Origin: Octopus bimaculoides
Lineage: Eukaryota
DNA: 64,000 nt
Direction: 5' to 3'
NCBI RefSeq assembly: GCF_001194135.2
Contig: NC_068982.1
Coordinates: forward strand, 3,961,266-4,025,265
The notes beneath the pieces are model-generated. The model was not told where the DNA came from. It searched no databases and was given only the letters and a program-made list of their open reading frames with translations. The position numbers were made by a program, and so were the translations under genes. Below, piece after piece: positions 13,810 through 27,200 of the stretch. The stretch's first letter is position 1. Each line of letters opens with the position of its first letter.

Positions 13810-14430
13810 AACTGACCACTGTCCCCCTAGCAGGCACAAGGTAGAATGCCACTACCTAAAAGGAAAACAAGACTTGGAAGGCAGCTCCTTGAGCAACACT
13901 CTTTGTCTGATAACCTAGAATACATGCTCAAAGAAGTTGCACGACTGTAACGTAACGTATCATCAGATGAAAGGATGAGATTGTATGAGAAGAAGGCTGT
14001 GCATGGATATGTTAGTAGAAAGCTCCGTAATGATAGTAACATTTATCACGAAAGCAGTTTATCATGGACCAATAGCCACTTTGAAGGGTAAGTGTTTGCA
14101 ATCCAAGAACAGGAAATATCAACCAAGTACCTTATGCACAAAAGGGATAGAGATGTAGGAAAAGCCATAAATTGTGACAACCGATGCAGACTTTGTGGAG
14201 TTCACACTGAAGATATCATCCACATCATAAGAGGTTGTCCGAAAATGTCATCATGGTATTATCTACCAATGAGACATGATGTTGTAGCTAGGACACTCTA
14301 TAATGAAATCTGTCGGAAGGATAATCCTGAGGACAAAGAAATAAAAACCCACAATATGGTAGAAGCCATAACCACTCATGGTAAAAAGGAATACTAGTGG
14401 AATGTACCAGTGAAAACTTCAATAACTGTC
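13810..14430 (+). mobile_element. R4/Dong-like non-LTR remnant (CCHC finger and RHD motif)
   Basis: FAIQEQEISTKY..CRLCG..EDIIHIIRGCPKM..MRHDVVA. Confidence 0.8.
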
Positions 14431-15249
14431 TGGGTAGTTTTTGAGTTGAATTAATTGGTGTCTCTAAGGTGGAGAAATCTGTGATTATTTATCACTAAAG
14501 AGAATCCATTATGTTTTTAAGCAGTCAAGATACCATTGTATTTTGAAAGATAGCCTCTTCATGCCAGACTACTGGGAGGTGGGAGCCCCCAATATTTAAC
14601 AGGGTGGAGTGGGGGTAAGAGCAGTGCAATTACCCCCCCCCCCATAAATCCAGCCCTGGTCACAACTGAATCATTTCCAACATAGCACAAGGCCAGAAAC
14701 ATAGTGGAAGGTTAACAGTCCATCAAATTGGACCTTAGCACCTGACTGTACTTTAGAAAGGATGAGAGGTAAAGTTGGCTATGCTGGGATGTTCTTCACC
14801 TAAATAATAGCAACAATGGAGTGTTACTTGATACAAGGCCACAAATTGGTCGAATGGTGGTATTTTTTAATGAAATCCATCTCAGTTATTTTATTTTTCA
14901 TAGAATCATAAAAAAACTCAAGCATATATGGTGGAACTAAAATTCAGAACACAGAAATCTGAAATTAAATACTTTTAGGATTTTACACTGGTACCCTCTT
15001 ATTTGTCTCTCCAATATTTGTTTATTGTGAAGGCTGTGCGCTGGCAGTATGGTTAGCACGCCAGACAAAATACTTCATGGCATTTCTTACGTTCTGAGTT
15101 CAACTTTGCCTTCATCCTTTCAGGGTCAATAAAATAAGAACCAGTTAAGTAGTAGGGGTCGATGTAATTGACTTAATCCCTCCCTCAAAATTGCTGACCT
15201 TTCGTGGTTAGTCCCAGGTCTGCTCTGATGGAGCAAACCTTTTACTCAA

Positions 15250-15815
15250 TCATCATCATCGTCATTTAACGTCCGCTTTCCATGCTGGCATGGGTTGGAT
15301 GGTTTGACGGAGAACTGGCAAGCCAGAGGGTTGTACCAGGCTCCAATCTGATTTGGCAAGGTTTCTACAACTGGATGCCCTTCCTAATGCCAACCACTCC
15401 AAAAGTGTAGTGGGTGCTTTTTACGTGCCAGTCAGGCAGTACAGGCATCAGCCATGACAATGACTTCACATGACTCAACAGGTCTTCTCAAGCACAGTTT
15501 ATTGCCCAATGATTGAAGGGTACTCTTAAATGGGCCGGTTATGCTACACTGGCATAGGCCACAGTTACGGTCTCATTTGGCTTGCCAAGTCTTCTCAAGC
15601 ACAGCATATTTGCAAAGGTCTTGGTCACTTTGAGGCCCAACATTTGAAGATCGTGCTTTACTAACTCATCCCAGGTCTTCCGGAGTCTACCTCTTCCACA
15701 GGTACCCTCCACTGTTAGGGTGTGACACTTTTTCACACAGCTGTCCTCATCCATAGGCAACACATGACCATACCAGCGCAGTCGTCTCTCTTGTGCACCA
15801 TACCTGATGCTTCTT
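15250..15815 (-). mobile_element. RTE-clade LINE 3' end: ORF remnant, 3'UTR and (GAT)n tail
   Basis: RWYGHVLPMDEDSCVKKCHTLTVEGTCGRGRLRKTW is contiguous with the window's most abundant repeat, ending TTAAATGACGATGATG. Confidence 0.8.
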
Positions 15816-16989
15816 CAACTTCTCAATCAAACAGTATTTAATCATGACCACCCAGCTTGGTTTTAGTTATCTGTCGACATTGTCCATTGTCTTCTCTTTT
15901 TGAGACTGCAGTATTTGATTTTGGGGGTATATAACTGTTATTTCTAGCAGGTCAAGCAACCCCATACAAGCTTTCTAGTTAGTTTGTCTCATTCCAATAG
16001 CATGGTGTCTAAATAAATCTGCTGTCAAAGACCAGTGGAATAAAAAAGTCCCGCAGCTGAAAAATGGAAGGGCAACCAATTGCAAACTTTTTTCTTGAAT
16101 AAGTCTCCATCGAACTCACAACAGCAGAATAAAAATAGACGTGAAATAAATGTACAAATGAATTGGTAATTGTGCCAAATCCATTTGCAATCAGGATGTC
16201 TTTGATGTTTTCTACAAAATAGTGATATGACATATTAAACAAAATTGAGCTGACAGAAATAAAGTAATGCATTACAAAAAACAAAACAAAAAAAATCTTT
16301 AATAGCAAAATTTATGTTTGTATTGTTCAAATCTTTCCAAAGTAACTGATTTGGGTGAGAAAGTGCCAAATCACTTATCATATAGTTATCACTAGTTTTT
16401 TTATTTTATTTCGAAGTCATATTATTTTATTTATTGACAATAAATACAGTAGCATACCTACACAAGTGTTCCCCACCACCACCATTCTGGTTTTGTTTCC
16501 TCGTAATTTCCAGATAAATGGATTTTTTAAAAAGAAATTCTTTACAAATACGTTTCTGAGAGTGTGAATTCTGATTATACAGGAGTTTATTGTGAAAAAA
16601 AATTTCNNNNNNNNNNNNNNNNNNNNNNNNNNNNNNNNNNNNNNNNNNNNNNNNNNNNNNNNNNNNNNNNNNNNNNNNNNNNNNNNNNNNNNNNNNNNNN
16701 NNNNNNNNNNNNNNNNNNNNNNNNNNNNNNNNNNNNNNNNNNNNNNNNNNNNNNNNNNNNNNNNNNNNNNNNNNNNNNNNNNNNNNNNNNNNNNNNNNNN
16801 NNNNNNNNNNNNNNNNNNNNNNNNNNNNNNNNNNNNNNNNNNNNNNNNNNNNNNNNNNNNNNAAAGGAAACAGAGTCGATTCGAGTGAATTTCCTGAAAC
16901 AGTTGTTCCCATCCATGGAAAAAATTTATTTTCATAACAAATTCCGATTCCACTCCACAGACCTCCATGACCTTTCTTGCCGCCTGAAT

Positions 16990-17455
16990 GATGGTTGCTC
17001 ATATGAAGTTAAACTTTATACTCTCAAGAGGAGCTTGGCCCGAGCAAACATCCCTTCCATCTTGGAACCATCTGGATTGTCCAGACGTGATGGGAAAAGA
17101 CCTGACGGCCTCACCCTGTGCCCCTGGTCGTGAGGCAACCTTGTCTGGGATGTCACAGTTAGTGACTTCTTTGCTTCTTCTCACATCCTGGATGCTGCAG
17201 TCAGGGCGAGATCCACAGCTTCTGCGGTCGAACGGAACAAAATCCTGAAATACTGCGATCTGTCGGCCAACTACATTTTCCATCCTGTGACATTCGAGAC
17301 ATTTGGTGGGGTCGGACCATTAACTGCGAGATTCCTGTCTTCACTGACAACTCGTCTTGCAGAGGTAACTGGTGAGGGCGCTTGGCTGTTCCAGCGCATC
17401 AACCTCGCCATTACCCGCGGTAATGCTGCAAGCGTGTTTGGCGTACCTCAATAGC
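16990..17455 (+). mobile_element. CRE-clade non-LTR REL-endonuclease remnant
   Basis: RANIPSILEPSGLSRRDGKRPDGLTLCPW..WDVTV..FETFGGVG..QRINLAITRGNAASVFG. Confidence 0.8.
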
Positions 17456-18168
17456 CATTAGAAAGGTTTCACAGTGTCCCCAACTTTTCAACCCAAGGTG
17501 GTGAATTTATTTTCTCTTTTTTTTTTTGTTTTTTTAATTTTTCCAATTGTGTTCTCTGTTTTGTCCAATTTTCTTATTTAATTTTGTAAAACGGTAAACA
17601 CTGTGCAGGCAATAAAAATCAGAATCTACAGGATCTGAAGCATATTTGTAGATAATTTATTTAAAAACATCCGTTTATCTGTTAGTTATAAGGAAACAAA
17701 GTGGATGGGAGAGAGGTGCTCACTTATACCGAAATCAGTATCTACAGATGTCCTTTTGTCTCCAGACAATCAGACGGTCGCCGATTTTGAAGAGTCCTTG
17801 TTTCTTAGGATTATATTATTCTCTTATCATAATTTGTTGCTGATATGAATTATTTCCAAGCAATTTCTTTAGCCTTTCCAGAAGAGAGAATTTCACCGAG
17901 TTACTCGTGATCAGACACAAACACGCGCACGTTGTCTCTTTCTCTCTCTCACACACACACGCATCTGAGAGGATGTATAATTTTTGTTTTAATTATTATA
18001 GTTGCTTTAAACTACATAAAAAAATGATTCCTTCATATGATGACTGTACATTAAATTTGTTTATCATTTCCAGCGTGTATATTCGATGCTATTCTTAAGC
18101 AAGATATAATTAAACCGGAATTTATTACAAAAGGGTCTATACTAAATGTGTCACCGGTTACGGCAAGT

Positions 18169-18267
18169 ATGAATCCTTCGTCTTCGGAGAAAATTAATTT
18201 GAAAACGAAACAGAAACGTCGCAGAGAAAATATAAAGCAATCACAACCGTACATAAATATGCGTAAG
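18169..18267 (+). CDS. SPOUT1: SPOUT1 exon 1 (MNPSSSEKINLKTKQKRRRENIKQSQPYINMRK)
   Basis: ATG at 18169, 99 nt open, donor AAG|GTGAGC, basic N-terminus, phase fits exon 2. Homology is weak here. Confidence 0.7.
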
Positions 18268-21200
18268 GTGAGCTCCAGATTAAAGTATTCATATTAAAAT
18301 GTTATTAACGACAAATGATAAATCCTAAATATTATTTTGGGTTTCGTGAAAGCACGTGTTCCAATTAACAGTTATTTATTTTATCCCTCATTGCAAAAAA
18401 ACATTTGTTAAAATCTCTTTTATGGGACAAATGTCTCAGCCCTTTCTCCTTCCCAGTCATACCTTTGCAGTATCTGCCACGATTAAGATTTCTTTTTTCT
18501 TTTCCGTTTATTTTTCCTCGTTCTCTAGTATTCTACAAACATACCTCCACCCCGCTCCAGCTTTGTTTGCTTATAACTTTCAGAAAAACGAATATCTTTA
18601 ATGAAATTTACAACAAATATGCTTCAGATGGTATAAACCCCGATTATATCGGAATTTGTTGCTGGGAAAGTTTTTCTGAGAGGTGGAGAGAAGAGTTTCG
18701 TAAAATTTACACGAATCAGCTTTGTTTCCTCATAACTTTCAGAAAAATTAATATTTTTTTCGCTAAATTTTCCACAAATATCTTTCAGACTGTAGATTGC
18801 GACTATATCGGAATTTGGTACATATTGACACATCGCAATTCTTTCTTCAACATTTCCAGTTTCACTTTGTGCATATATGATACGTGTCAACATGCATTTG
18901 TACAAACCCGCCAATTTCTTTTTATTTAAATTCCGATATAATCGTAATCTACACAATCAGAAAAGTATTTTGTAGAGGAAAATTTTATAGCAAAATCCCA
19001 TTTTCGGACAGTTCTGAGAAAACAAAGCTTGTGAATTTTCTGAAATACTTCTCTCCTTCTACGGAAAAGTTTTCCACACCAAATTCCGGTATAATCGGAA
19101 TCTACACTATCAGAATCGTATTTGTGGAAAGTTTTATGAAAAAGATATTCACTTTTCTGGGTGTTATGAGGTAACAAAATGAAGAAGGCACAATTATAAA
19201 AGTATGCCGATTCCACGTTCTGAAACGCTTGTAATTCGTTTAAAGAAAATTGCCCTCTCCACATTTATACTTTCCGCGATTATAATAAACGTTTTTTGTT
19301 TCGTTATTTTGTAGTATTCCATATTCTGAAACACTTGCGGAATGACTGTGACAGCTCTTCTGAATGTCTACACTCGATTCTATGTGTCAGTTAACATGCT
19401 AGAAATAATGTGTATATCTCACATATGCACACATCTAGATACATACAAAAATGCCTGTTAGAAAATTACTATTTGTAAATCTCACAACGAGAAATATTCA
19501 GCAACAGTACTTTGGAATAAAGATTGTTTGCCAACATAGCATGGCAGTCCTGGTTTAGGACGAATGTTGCTGTCATTTAGCCCCAGGAGACGTTGTCTCC
19601 AGCTGGCTATACGACACGATCTGTGTCCTTATATTTTCAAACAAGGGAATCTAGCACCCCCACTCAGCGATACACAGATATTGTTTTGAGCTGAGTGGGG
19701 GTGCTAGATTCCCTTGTTTGAAAATATAAGGACACAGATCGTGTCGTATAGCCAGCCGGAGACGATGTCTCCTGGGGCTAAATTACAGCAACATTCGTCC
19801 TAAACCAGGACTGCCTTGTTATGTTGGCAACTACGTGTGAATATGTGGGATGGCTACTCATTGCTTCCCACCTGTTCCCGCTGGCGACTCTTGACTGCCC
19901 AGCTCTTGGAAGAATCCGGTTTCTCAGGAAGTGGCACCAAATCCTAAGGTAGGGGAGAGAACTCCTATGATAATAAGAACGAGCAACAACACCGTCTTGA
20001 TTGAATTCCAAACAAAAATTATTCACAGGTGAAATAAACAGGCGTGGCCATGTGGTTAGAAGTTTGCTTCCCAATCATATGTTTCCATGTTTAGTCCCAC
20101 TGCGTGGTACCTTAGGCGAGTGTCTTCTGTTATAACCTTGGGCCAACCAAAGCCTTGTTAGTGGATTTGGTGCACGGAAAGTGAAAGAAGCTTGTACATA
20201 TATACATATATATGTACGTGTCTTTGTGTTTGTCTGTCCACCACCACCACTCGACAACCTGTGTTTACGTCCCTGTAACTTGGCGGTTCAGCAAAAAAAC
20301 ACTGGAATAATTAACTGGCTTTGAGCCTGATCGTTGCCAGCGTCGCCTTACTGGCACATGTGCTGGTGGCACGTGAAAAACAACATTCGAGCGTGGTCGT
20401 TGCCAGTGCCGCCGGACTGGCTCCTGTGCAGGTGGCACGTAAAAAAAAAGCCTTTTGAGCATGGTCATTGCCAGAACTGACTGACTGGCCCTCGTGCCAG
20501 TGGCGTGTAAAAGCACACACTACACTCTCGGAGTGGTTGGCCTTAGGAAAGGCATCCAGCTGTAGAAACTTTGCCAGATTAGATTGGAGCCTGGTGCAGC
20601 CTTCTGGCTCTCCAGTCCTCAGTCAAACTGTCCAACCCATGCCAGCATGGAAAGTGGATGTTAAACGACGATGATGATGATATATATATATGTCTGTGTG
20701 TGTGTGTGTGTATGTAATTGGGCAAAGATTTAAAAGAAATATGTAGCTAAGAATAAGTTATGTCAGTGTTAATCAACATAAAGCTTGATTGTTCTCTTTC
20801 ATTTTTAAAAGACTTCCTCTCTTACAAGAAGTTCCCTCATCCTGCTGCCAAATCTTCACTTTTTGTAAAACATTTGGATAAAATTCTATCAAATTTCTTT
20901 CGAAAGGTAGCTGTGTGTTTAATTAAAAAAAAGCAAAATCTATATTTTTGTACGAAAAATTTTTTTGGGGTGGAAAAAATTATTTGCAAATTTTCTTTTT
21001 ATTTGTAGCTACAGGAAGCAATGAAGCAGAAAAGGGAAGAAAGTAAGCAAAATCTTTTCTAATATTAAAATAATTCTTCTGGCATTCGATTTGACCAAAG
21101 CTAATACCAAAGACAAAGCATTCCATTTTCATTATTACCCTGCAAGGAATATTCTTGTTATCCTTTCCACATGATTAAACTTAGAATCAACTATGAAGTA

Positions 21201-24200
21201 TAATTGTAAATATGTACGCATATAAATACTGACATTACGCCACAATGCTGCTGGTGCCACATTAAAAAGCACCCTGTACACTCTGTAAAGTGGTTGGCGT
21301 TAGGATTGGCATCTTGCTGTAGAAACCTTTCCAAAACTGATTATGGAACCTGGTGTGTCTCCTGGCCTTACCAGTTCCTGTTAAACCATCCAACCCATGC
21401 CAGCATGGAAAACGGATGTAAAAGGATGATGATGATGATGGTGGTGGTGGTGGTNNNNNNNNNNGGTGGCGGCGGCTTCGGTGGTGGTGATGATGGATGT
21501 GTGTATGTATGTATATAAAAGTGGTGAGGACGGAAATCCTTCAAAGGGATGTCAAAAATCCAATTCTGCCGGTACAGTCCAAGTAAAGAGTATATATAAA
21601 AATATATACATATAAATACAATTTGTAGAATCTATATTGGTTCCGTATCAACCTGGATTATGAATTAAAGTTCGTCTACACATAATTTTTCCTTTCCTTA
21701 TACTTCATATGTATGTGTATATATATTAGCATGGAAAGCGGACGTTAAACGATGATGATGATGATGATGATATATATATATATATGCACACAGATTTTAT
21801 TACTTCAATTTATTCCATTAATTTTATATGAATGTATCCACACATTCAACAACATTAATATCATAATTGTCTTTTCTTTGTTCATGGAGAGTTGTAGTTG
21901 GATGTCAGATTTGTAGCTTAAGGCCCAGGGGTTTGCATTGTATTACTGGTATATAGTGTGTATATAATATGTTCAGTATCAAGTATTGAAATGGCTGCGT
22001 GTATACTATTAGAAGAATTCTTACAGAGAAGGAGAATAAATTTAAGAACTTTATATTTACTACATAAAAATATATTTTATTCATTGGTTGTTGATGAAAT
22101 ATAATCAAAATGTAGAATTTAATTGAATGAAGTAATCTATGCAAGGAAGTTCAGAAATGTAGAAATAACAGCTAAGTGGTGGTTTTCAGTCATGTGGCAT
22201 AGAGAAATAGATGGCCATAGCAACGACGTGTATGGCAGTAAGTCTAGTCGACTAAGAAGCGAAGAGCAGGGCAAGCAAGCTGTTTTTATTAATGGAACGC
22301 TAGACATTCTAGAAACTTCCAAGAGAAACACGAAGCTTATTGAATAATTAAGAATTACTTCTCAGGACGTAGAATCTTCCGAGAAACTTATTAAAGGGAG
22401 ATTACTCTATAACATTTCTTGCAAGATAGATCATTCAACTATTTTAGCTACAGACCACAAGATTACTCTACTGGTATTGTGCTGACACGAACACTATCCC
22501 AATCTACCCATCTTATAATAGATACCATGAAGAATAACAATTTTGTGCTGAAGGTGGTGACTATTCTAAAAGTAATGAGTGTCCTGTTAGCTTACAGGGA
22601 TGACTTGGAATCTGGAATGGGTTTCACTAGGTTGATGATTATCCAAGAGGTAATCCATAAAAAACGAATGTATTGAATGCCATTCTCGTGTTGTTGTTTT
22701 TATCTTCCTCTATCTGTGGTACCACAGGTAATCTGTTGTCTTACTTTTATACCAAATGTAGTGAGGTATTTTTTCAAAGTACAGGAGTTTGGATATGGAC
22801 TCTTGTGGTTTGCAAAATGTTTTAACTTTTCTCAATGTTTCTGCTGTTACATGTCACAGGTGAGCAAAGTGTTAATATTCCTTTTCTCCAGTGTAATGGC
22901 TGCTTGACAATCCAATTCTTCATCGATCTACTCTGCTGATACAAATTCCTACAATCTTAAGTGGAGAAAGCTTATCCCATCTCTTTGAAATTCAAATAAA
23001 CTCATTTGACCTCTAATAGGGGTCATTGACATCAGCCTGGGGCTATTACTGCTTACCTCAGAGTTCCAATAAAGAAACAAAACAATAGATTAAAAGTCAA
23101 ATAATGTGGGGATTTGCTCACTAATTTTCAATGTCCCATCAATGCTTTTATTAACCCTTTCCTTAGAATCATTATTTTTACATGCCTTTTCCTCTCTGTT
23201 AGATTTGAATATCTCCCACCTGAGGTCAGGAGGTGGCTAAGGAGGCCTTACAGAGACAGACAAACAAAAAATTTTCTGACTGTTGATGTATCATCATATT
23301 TCTATTTTCCATGCTGGCATGGGTTGGATGATCTGACGAGCTGACAAGCCGGAGGGCTGCTCAGGTTCCTGTCGTTCATTTTGACATGGTTTCTATGGCT
23401 GGATACCCTTCCTAACACTTTACAGAGTGTATTGAGTGCTTTTTATGTGGTATCAGTACCTGCAGGGTTGTCACATAGCTTACAAGACAAGAAAATCTCA
23501 ACTTAGAGAAGTGGCTGCGTCCCAGGTGAGAGGTTGGAGTATGATAGATAATCTGAATTTCATTGAGTCATTCTTTTGGTTTTTTTATGTTTTCCTTTTC
23601 GTATTTTTAGATGAACTGAAGGAAAAAAAATTATCGAAAAAAATGAAAACACAAGAAAAAACAAAAAAGAAAGCTACAGAAGAAAGAACCATTACAGAAT
23701 CAGAAGAAAAATTGAATACAAATACCAAAAATAAAGAAAAAAATGATGGCAAAGGTTGTAGAATTAAAATATACTAAAATGATCTGTTGTTGCAGCCTTA
23801 TATTCTTGCCGTTATTTTTGAGTAGGTTCAGCATTTCTTGGCTTGATTTTTGGTACAAATGCTATTGATCAAGCAAAGCAGTTTAATGATTTTTTTGCAA
23901 TGGTCATTATAAACCTTGCTCTAAAATGTAATATTTAAAACTTGCAGTCTTCAAATTTAAAAATAGTGAGAAACTTTTTGTAAAAGATTTTAATACAACA
24001 TGGAACAAATCTAAAAGTTTTGCTGAATCTCATTGTTTATTCCTTCTTTGGTATTTTTTTAACATTTGGTGTTGATTCGTTTTAGAATTTAATTTTTTTT
24101 ATGTATTTTAGCTTGTTGCCATGATAATTATAAATTTGGTCATTTTGTAAACTGAACAGATGTTTTTTAAGAAGTCATTATTAACCTTGTCCAACCCATG

Positions 24201-27200
24201 CCAGCATGGACAACAGACGTTGAAAGATGATGATGATGATGTGTAGCAGACTAGTGCTCCTGTACAGACAATGATGATTTGATGGAGAGAGTGAGCTCAT
24301 GTAATAGCACAAACATTTCATCATCATCATCATTTAACATCCGTTTTCCATGCTGGCATGGGTTGGACGGTTTGACTGAGGACTGGCAAGCCAGAAGGCT
24401 GCACCAGGCTCCAGTCTGATCTGTCAAAGTTTCTACAGTTGTATGCCCTTCCTAATGCCAACCACTCTGAGAGTGTAGTGGGTGCGTTTTAATGTGCCAC
24501 CAGCACAGGGGCCCAGAGGGGGCTGGCATCAACCACATTTGGATGGTGCTTTTACGTGCCACTAGCACGGGAGCCAGTCAAGGCGGTGCTGGCATAGGCC
24601 AAATCATCTGTGCAGGTTCTTTAGCATGGAATTGCTGAATTGTCTTTCTTGGACTTAAAAGACTAACGAGAAGATTGACTTCTAATTAAGAAGTGGATGA
24701 GATAAAACTCTCTTGGATAAAAATGTGATCTGACAGTTCTGATACTCATGCAAAACAGTCCTAATTTGCTACAATATATGTCTAAACTCTTAGCACCATA
24801 CGTCTGTATGAAAGGACTTTTCAAGGTGAATGCCACAGTATTTGGCGTTCCAGCAACACAGTCATGTTTATATATAGATATAAACACATATATATACCAG
24901 AGTAAGCACATAAATGTGAAACAAGGTGGAAGAAATAGTACTCGAATACCAGAGGTAGAGTAATATGCTTTATTAATAAAGATTCAAGGACATCAGAGTT
25001 TCACATTCCCATTTGTCGGACAGTTTTGGTTGAGATAAAACTCTCCTTGGATAAAAATGTTTTATCTCAACCAAAACTGTCCGATGAACAGGAACGTGAA
25101 ACTCTGAATAACAGTTTTTGTGATGTCTTTGCAGCTTTATTAATAAAGTACAGTGATACCTCACAGTACGAGTTTAGTTCGTTCCCTGACTGAGCTTATC
25201 TTATGATTTACTTGTTTTACAAAACTTTCCCCGTTGAAATTAACTAAAATATAATTAATCTGTTCTAGCCTCCAAAAAACCACGTAAAAATAATTTTTTA
25301 TGGGTTTTAAAACAGAAAAGGTGTAGTTACAAGTAAAATGACAATTATAAAAAAAAGAGAATTCAAAAGAAATATGTAAACTGGTTTTATTAACTGAATT
25401 ACCTTAAAGATGGGACGATTTAAGTGCTCATACTGCGGATTTCCGCTTGTACTTCAAGACAAAAATTTGCACGAGTCTCGGCTCGTGCAGCAAATTACTC
25501 CTACTGTGGGGCAGTCATACTGTGAGGTTCTACTGTAATATATGTGTGTGTTAGTGTCTCCTCATCTTTATTTTGTGTGATTATTGTACATGAACATCAC
25601 ACGTGGTGTTGTTAATTTTCAATCCATCATGATGCATGTCCAGCCTCTGAGAAATATTGCTTTAATTAGGAAGACGTGAAGGCCAGCAACAGGAAGTGAT
25701 TTTGGTTGTAGAAACTTGGCCTGAACTGAACCCTAACCCTAACCCTATTGAACATGTAAACCAATTCATTGTCAAAGGAAAATTTCAAAAGTCCAAAGTG
25801 AATGGTCAATTGCAGACCTCATTATAAAAAGGATTTCTGAGGGGAATCATTGAAAAGATTAAAATATTGCAGCATAGATTTTGAAATTTTGGTTATAGAT
25901 GCAGGCATAGCTGTGTGGTGAGAAGTTTTCTTCCCAACCACATGGTTCCAGGATCAGTCCCACTGTGTGGCACCTTGCATAGGCATCTTCTTTTAAAGCC
26001 TCTGGACAGCCTAAGCCTTGTAAGTGGATTTGGTAGATGGAAACTGAAAGAAGCCTGTCATATGTATGTGTGTGTTTATGTTCCCCACCACTGGTTGACA
26101 ACCGGTGTTGGTGTATTTATGTTCCCATAACTTAGCAGTTCAGCAAAAGGGACCGATAGAATAAATGCCAAGTTTTAGAAAAAAGAAATTAGTACTGGGC
26201 TTGATTCAACATGGCCACAGTCTAACGACTGAAACAAGTAAGAGAATAATTGATTTAAAAAAATATCTGAATACATTAAATAGTTTGCTTTTGGGGAAAA
26301 ATGTACTTATTTGAAAAAATCAAACAGTTTTCAAATGTGTCATCATCATCGTCTTCATCATTTAATGTTTATTTTCCATGCTGGCATGGGTTGGACAAAA
26401 ATCATGTTTCCATGCTGGGAATTGAACTCAGGTCACTTGGGTGAAAGCCAAATATCCTAACCCCGAGACCATATGCAATTGTATGTGTGTGAGCTATAAT
26501 TATTTCTTTGTTTTCATTTTTGCAGGCCGGTCATATACTCTGACCATTGCTTTGCCCGGATCAATTTTGGATAATGCCCAGGCTTTCGTTCTTCGGACAT
26601 ATTTAGCTGGCCAGGTAGGACAAACCTATGAAATATAAAAATTAAATGGGAAAAAAAAGAAATATGATTTGTTTAGAAAGAAATTTTGGACTGAAGATTC
26701 TTTGAAAGACAATATTGTTGTTATTTCTTTTATCGTTTAAGTAAAAGATAAATGAAATAATTGTGGCCATGCTGGGGCATCTCCTTGAAGAATTTTTAGT
26801 AGAATGAATTGATCCCAGTATTTAATTTTTAATGCCTGGCACTTATTCTCCATAACAGCTAAGTTATGGAGATGTTAACACACAGACACCAGTTGTGAAG
26901 TGGACACACACACAGGCACATTTGCAACAAGTGTCTTTCAGTTTCTGTTTACCAAATCCACTCACAATGCTTTGGTCTGTAAGCAACAAAGGGTTTCTCC
27001 CTCTTAGTGAAGAGCAGCAGATTACATGATGCTTCTGTGTGAAGTGTAATATTGCATGTGGGTAAAACACAGCCATTAAAAGCAGAAACTTTGCAAAGGC
27101 AGGAAAGAAATTAGGCAAACTTGATCTGCTGGGAATGTAATCATCATTATTGTCATTGTATGTCTGCTTTCCATGCTGGCATGGATTGGACAGTTTGACG

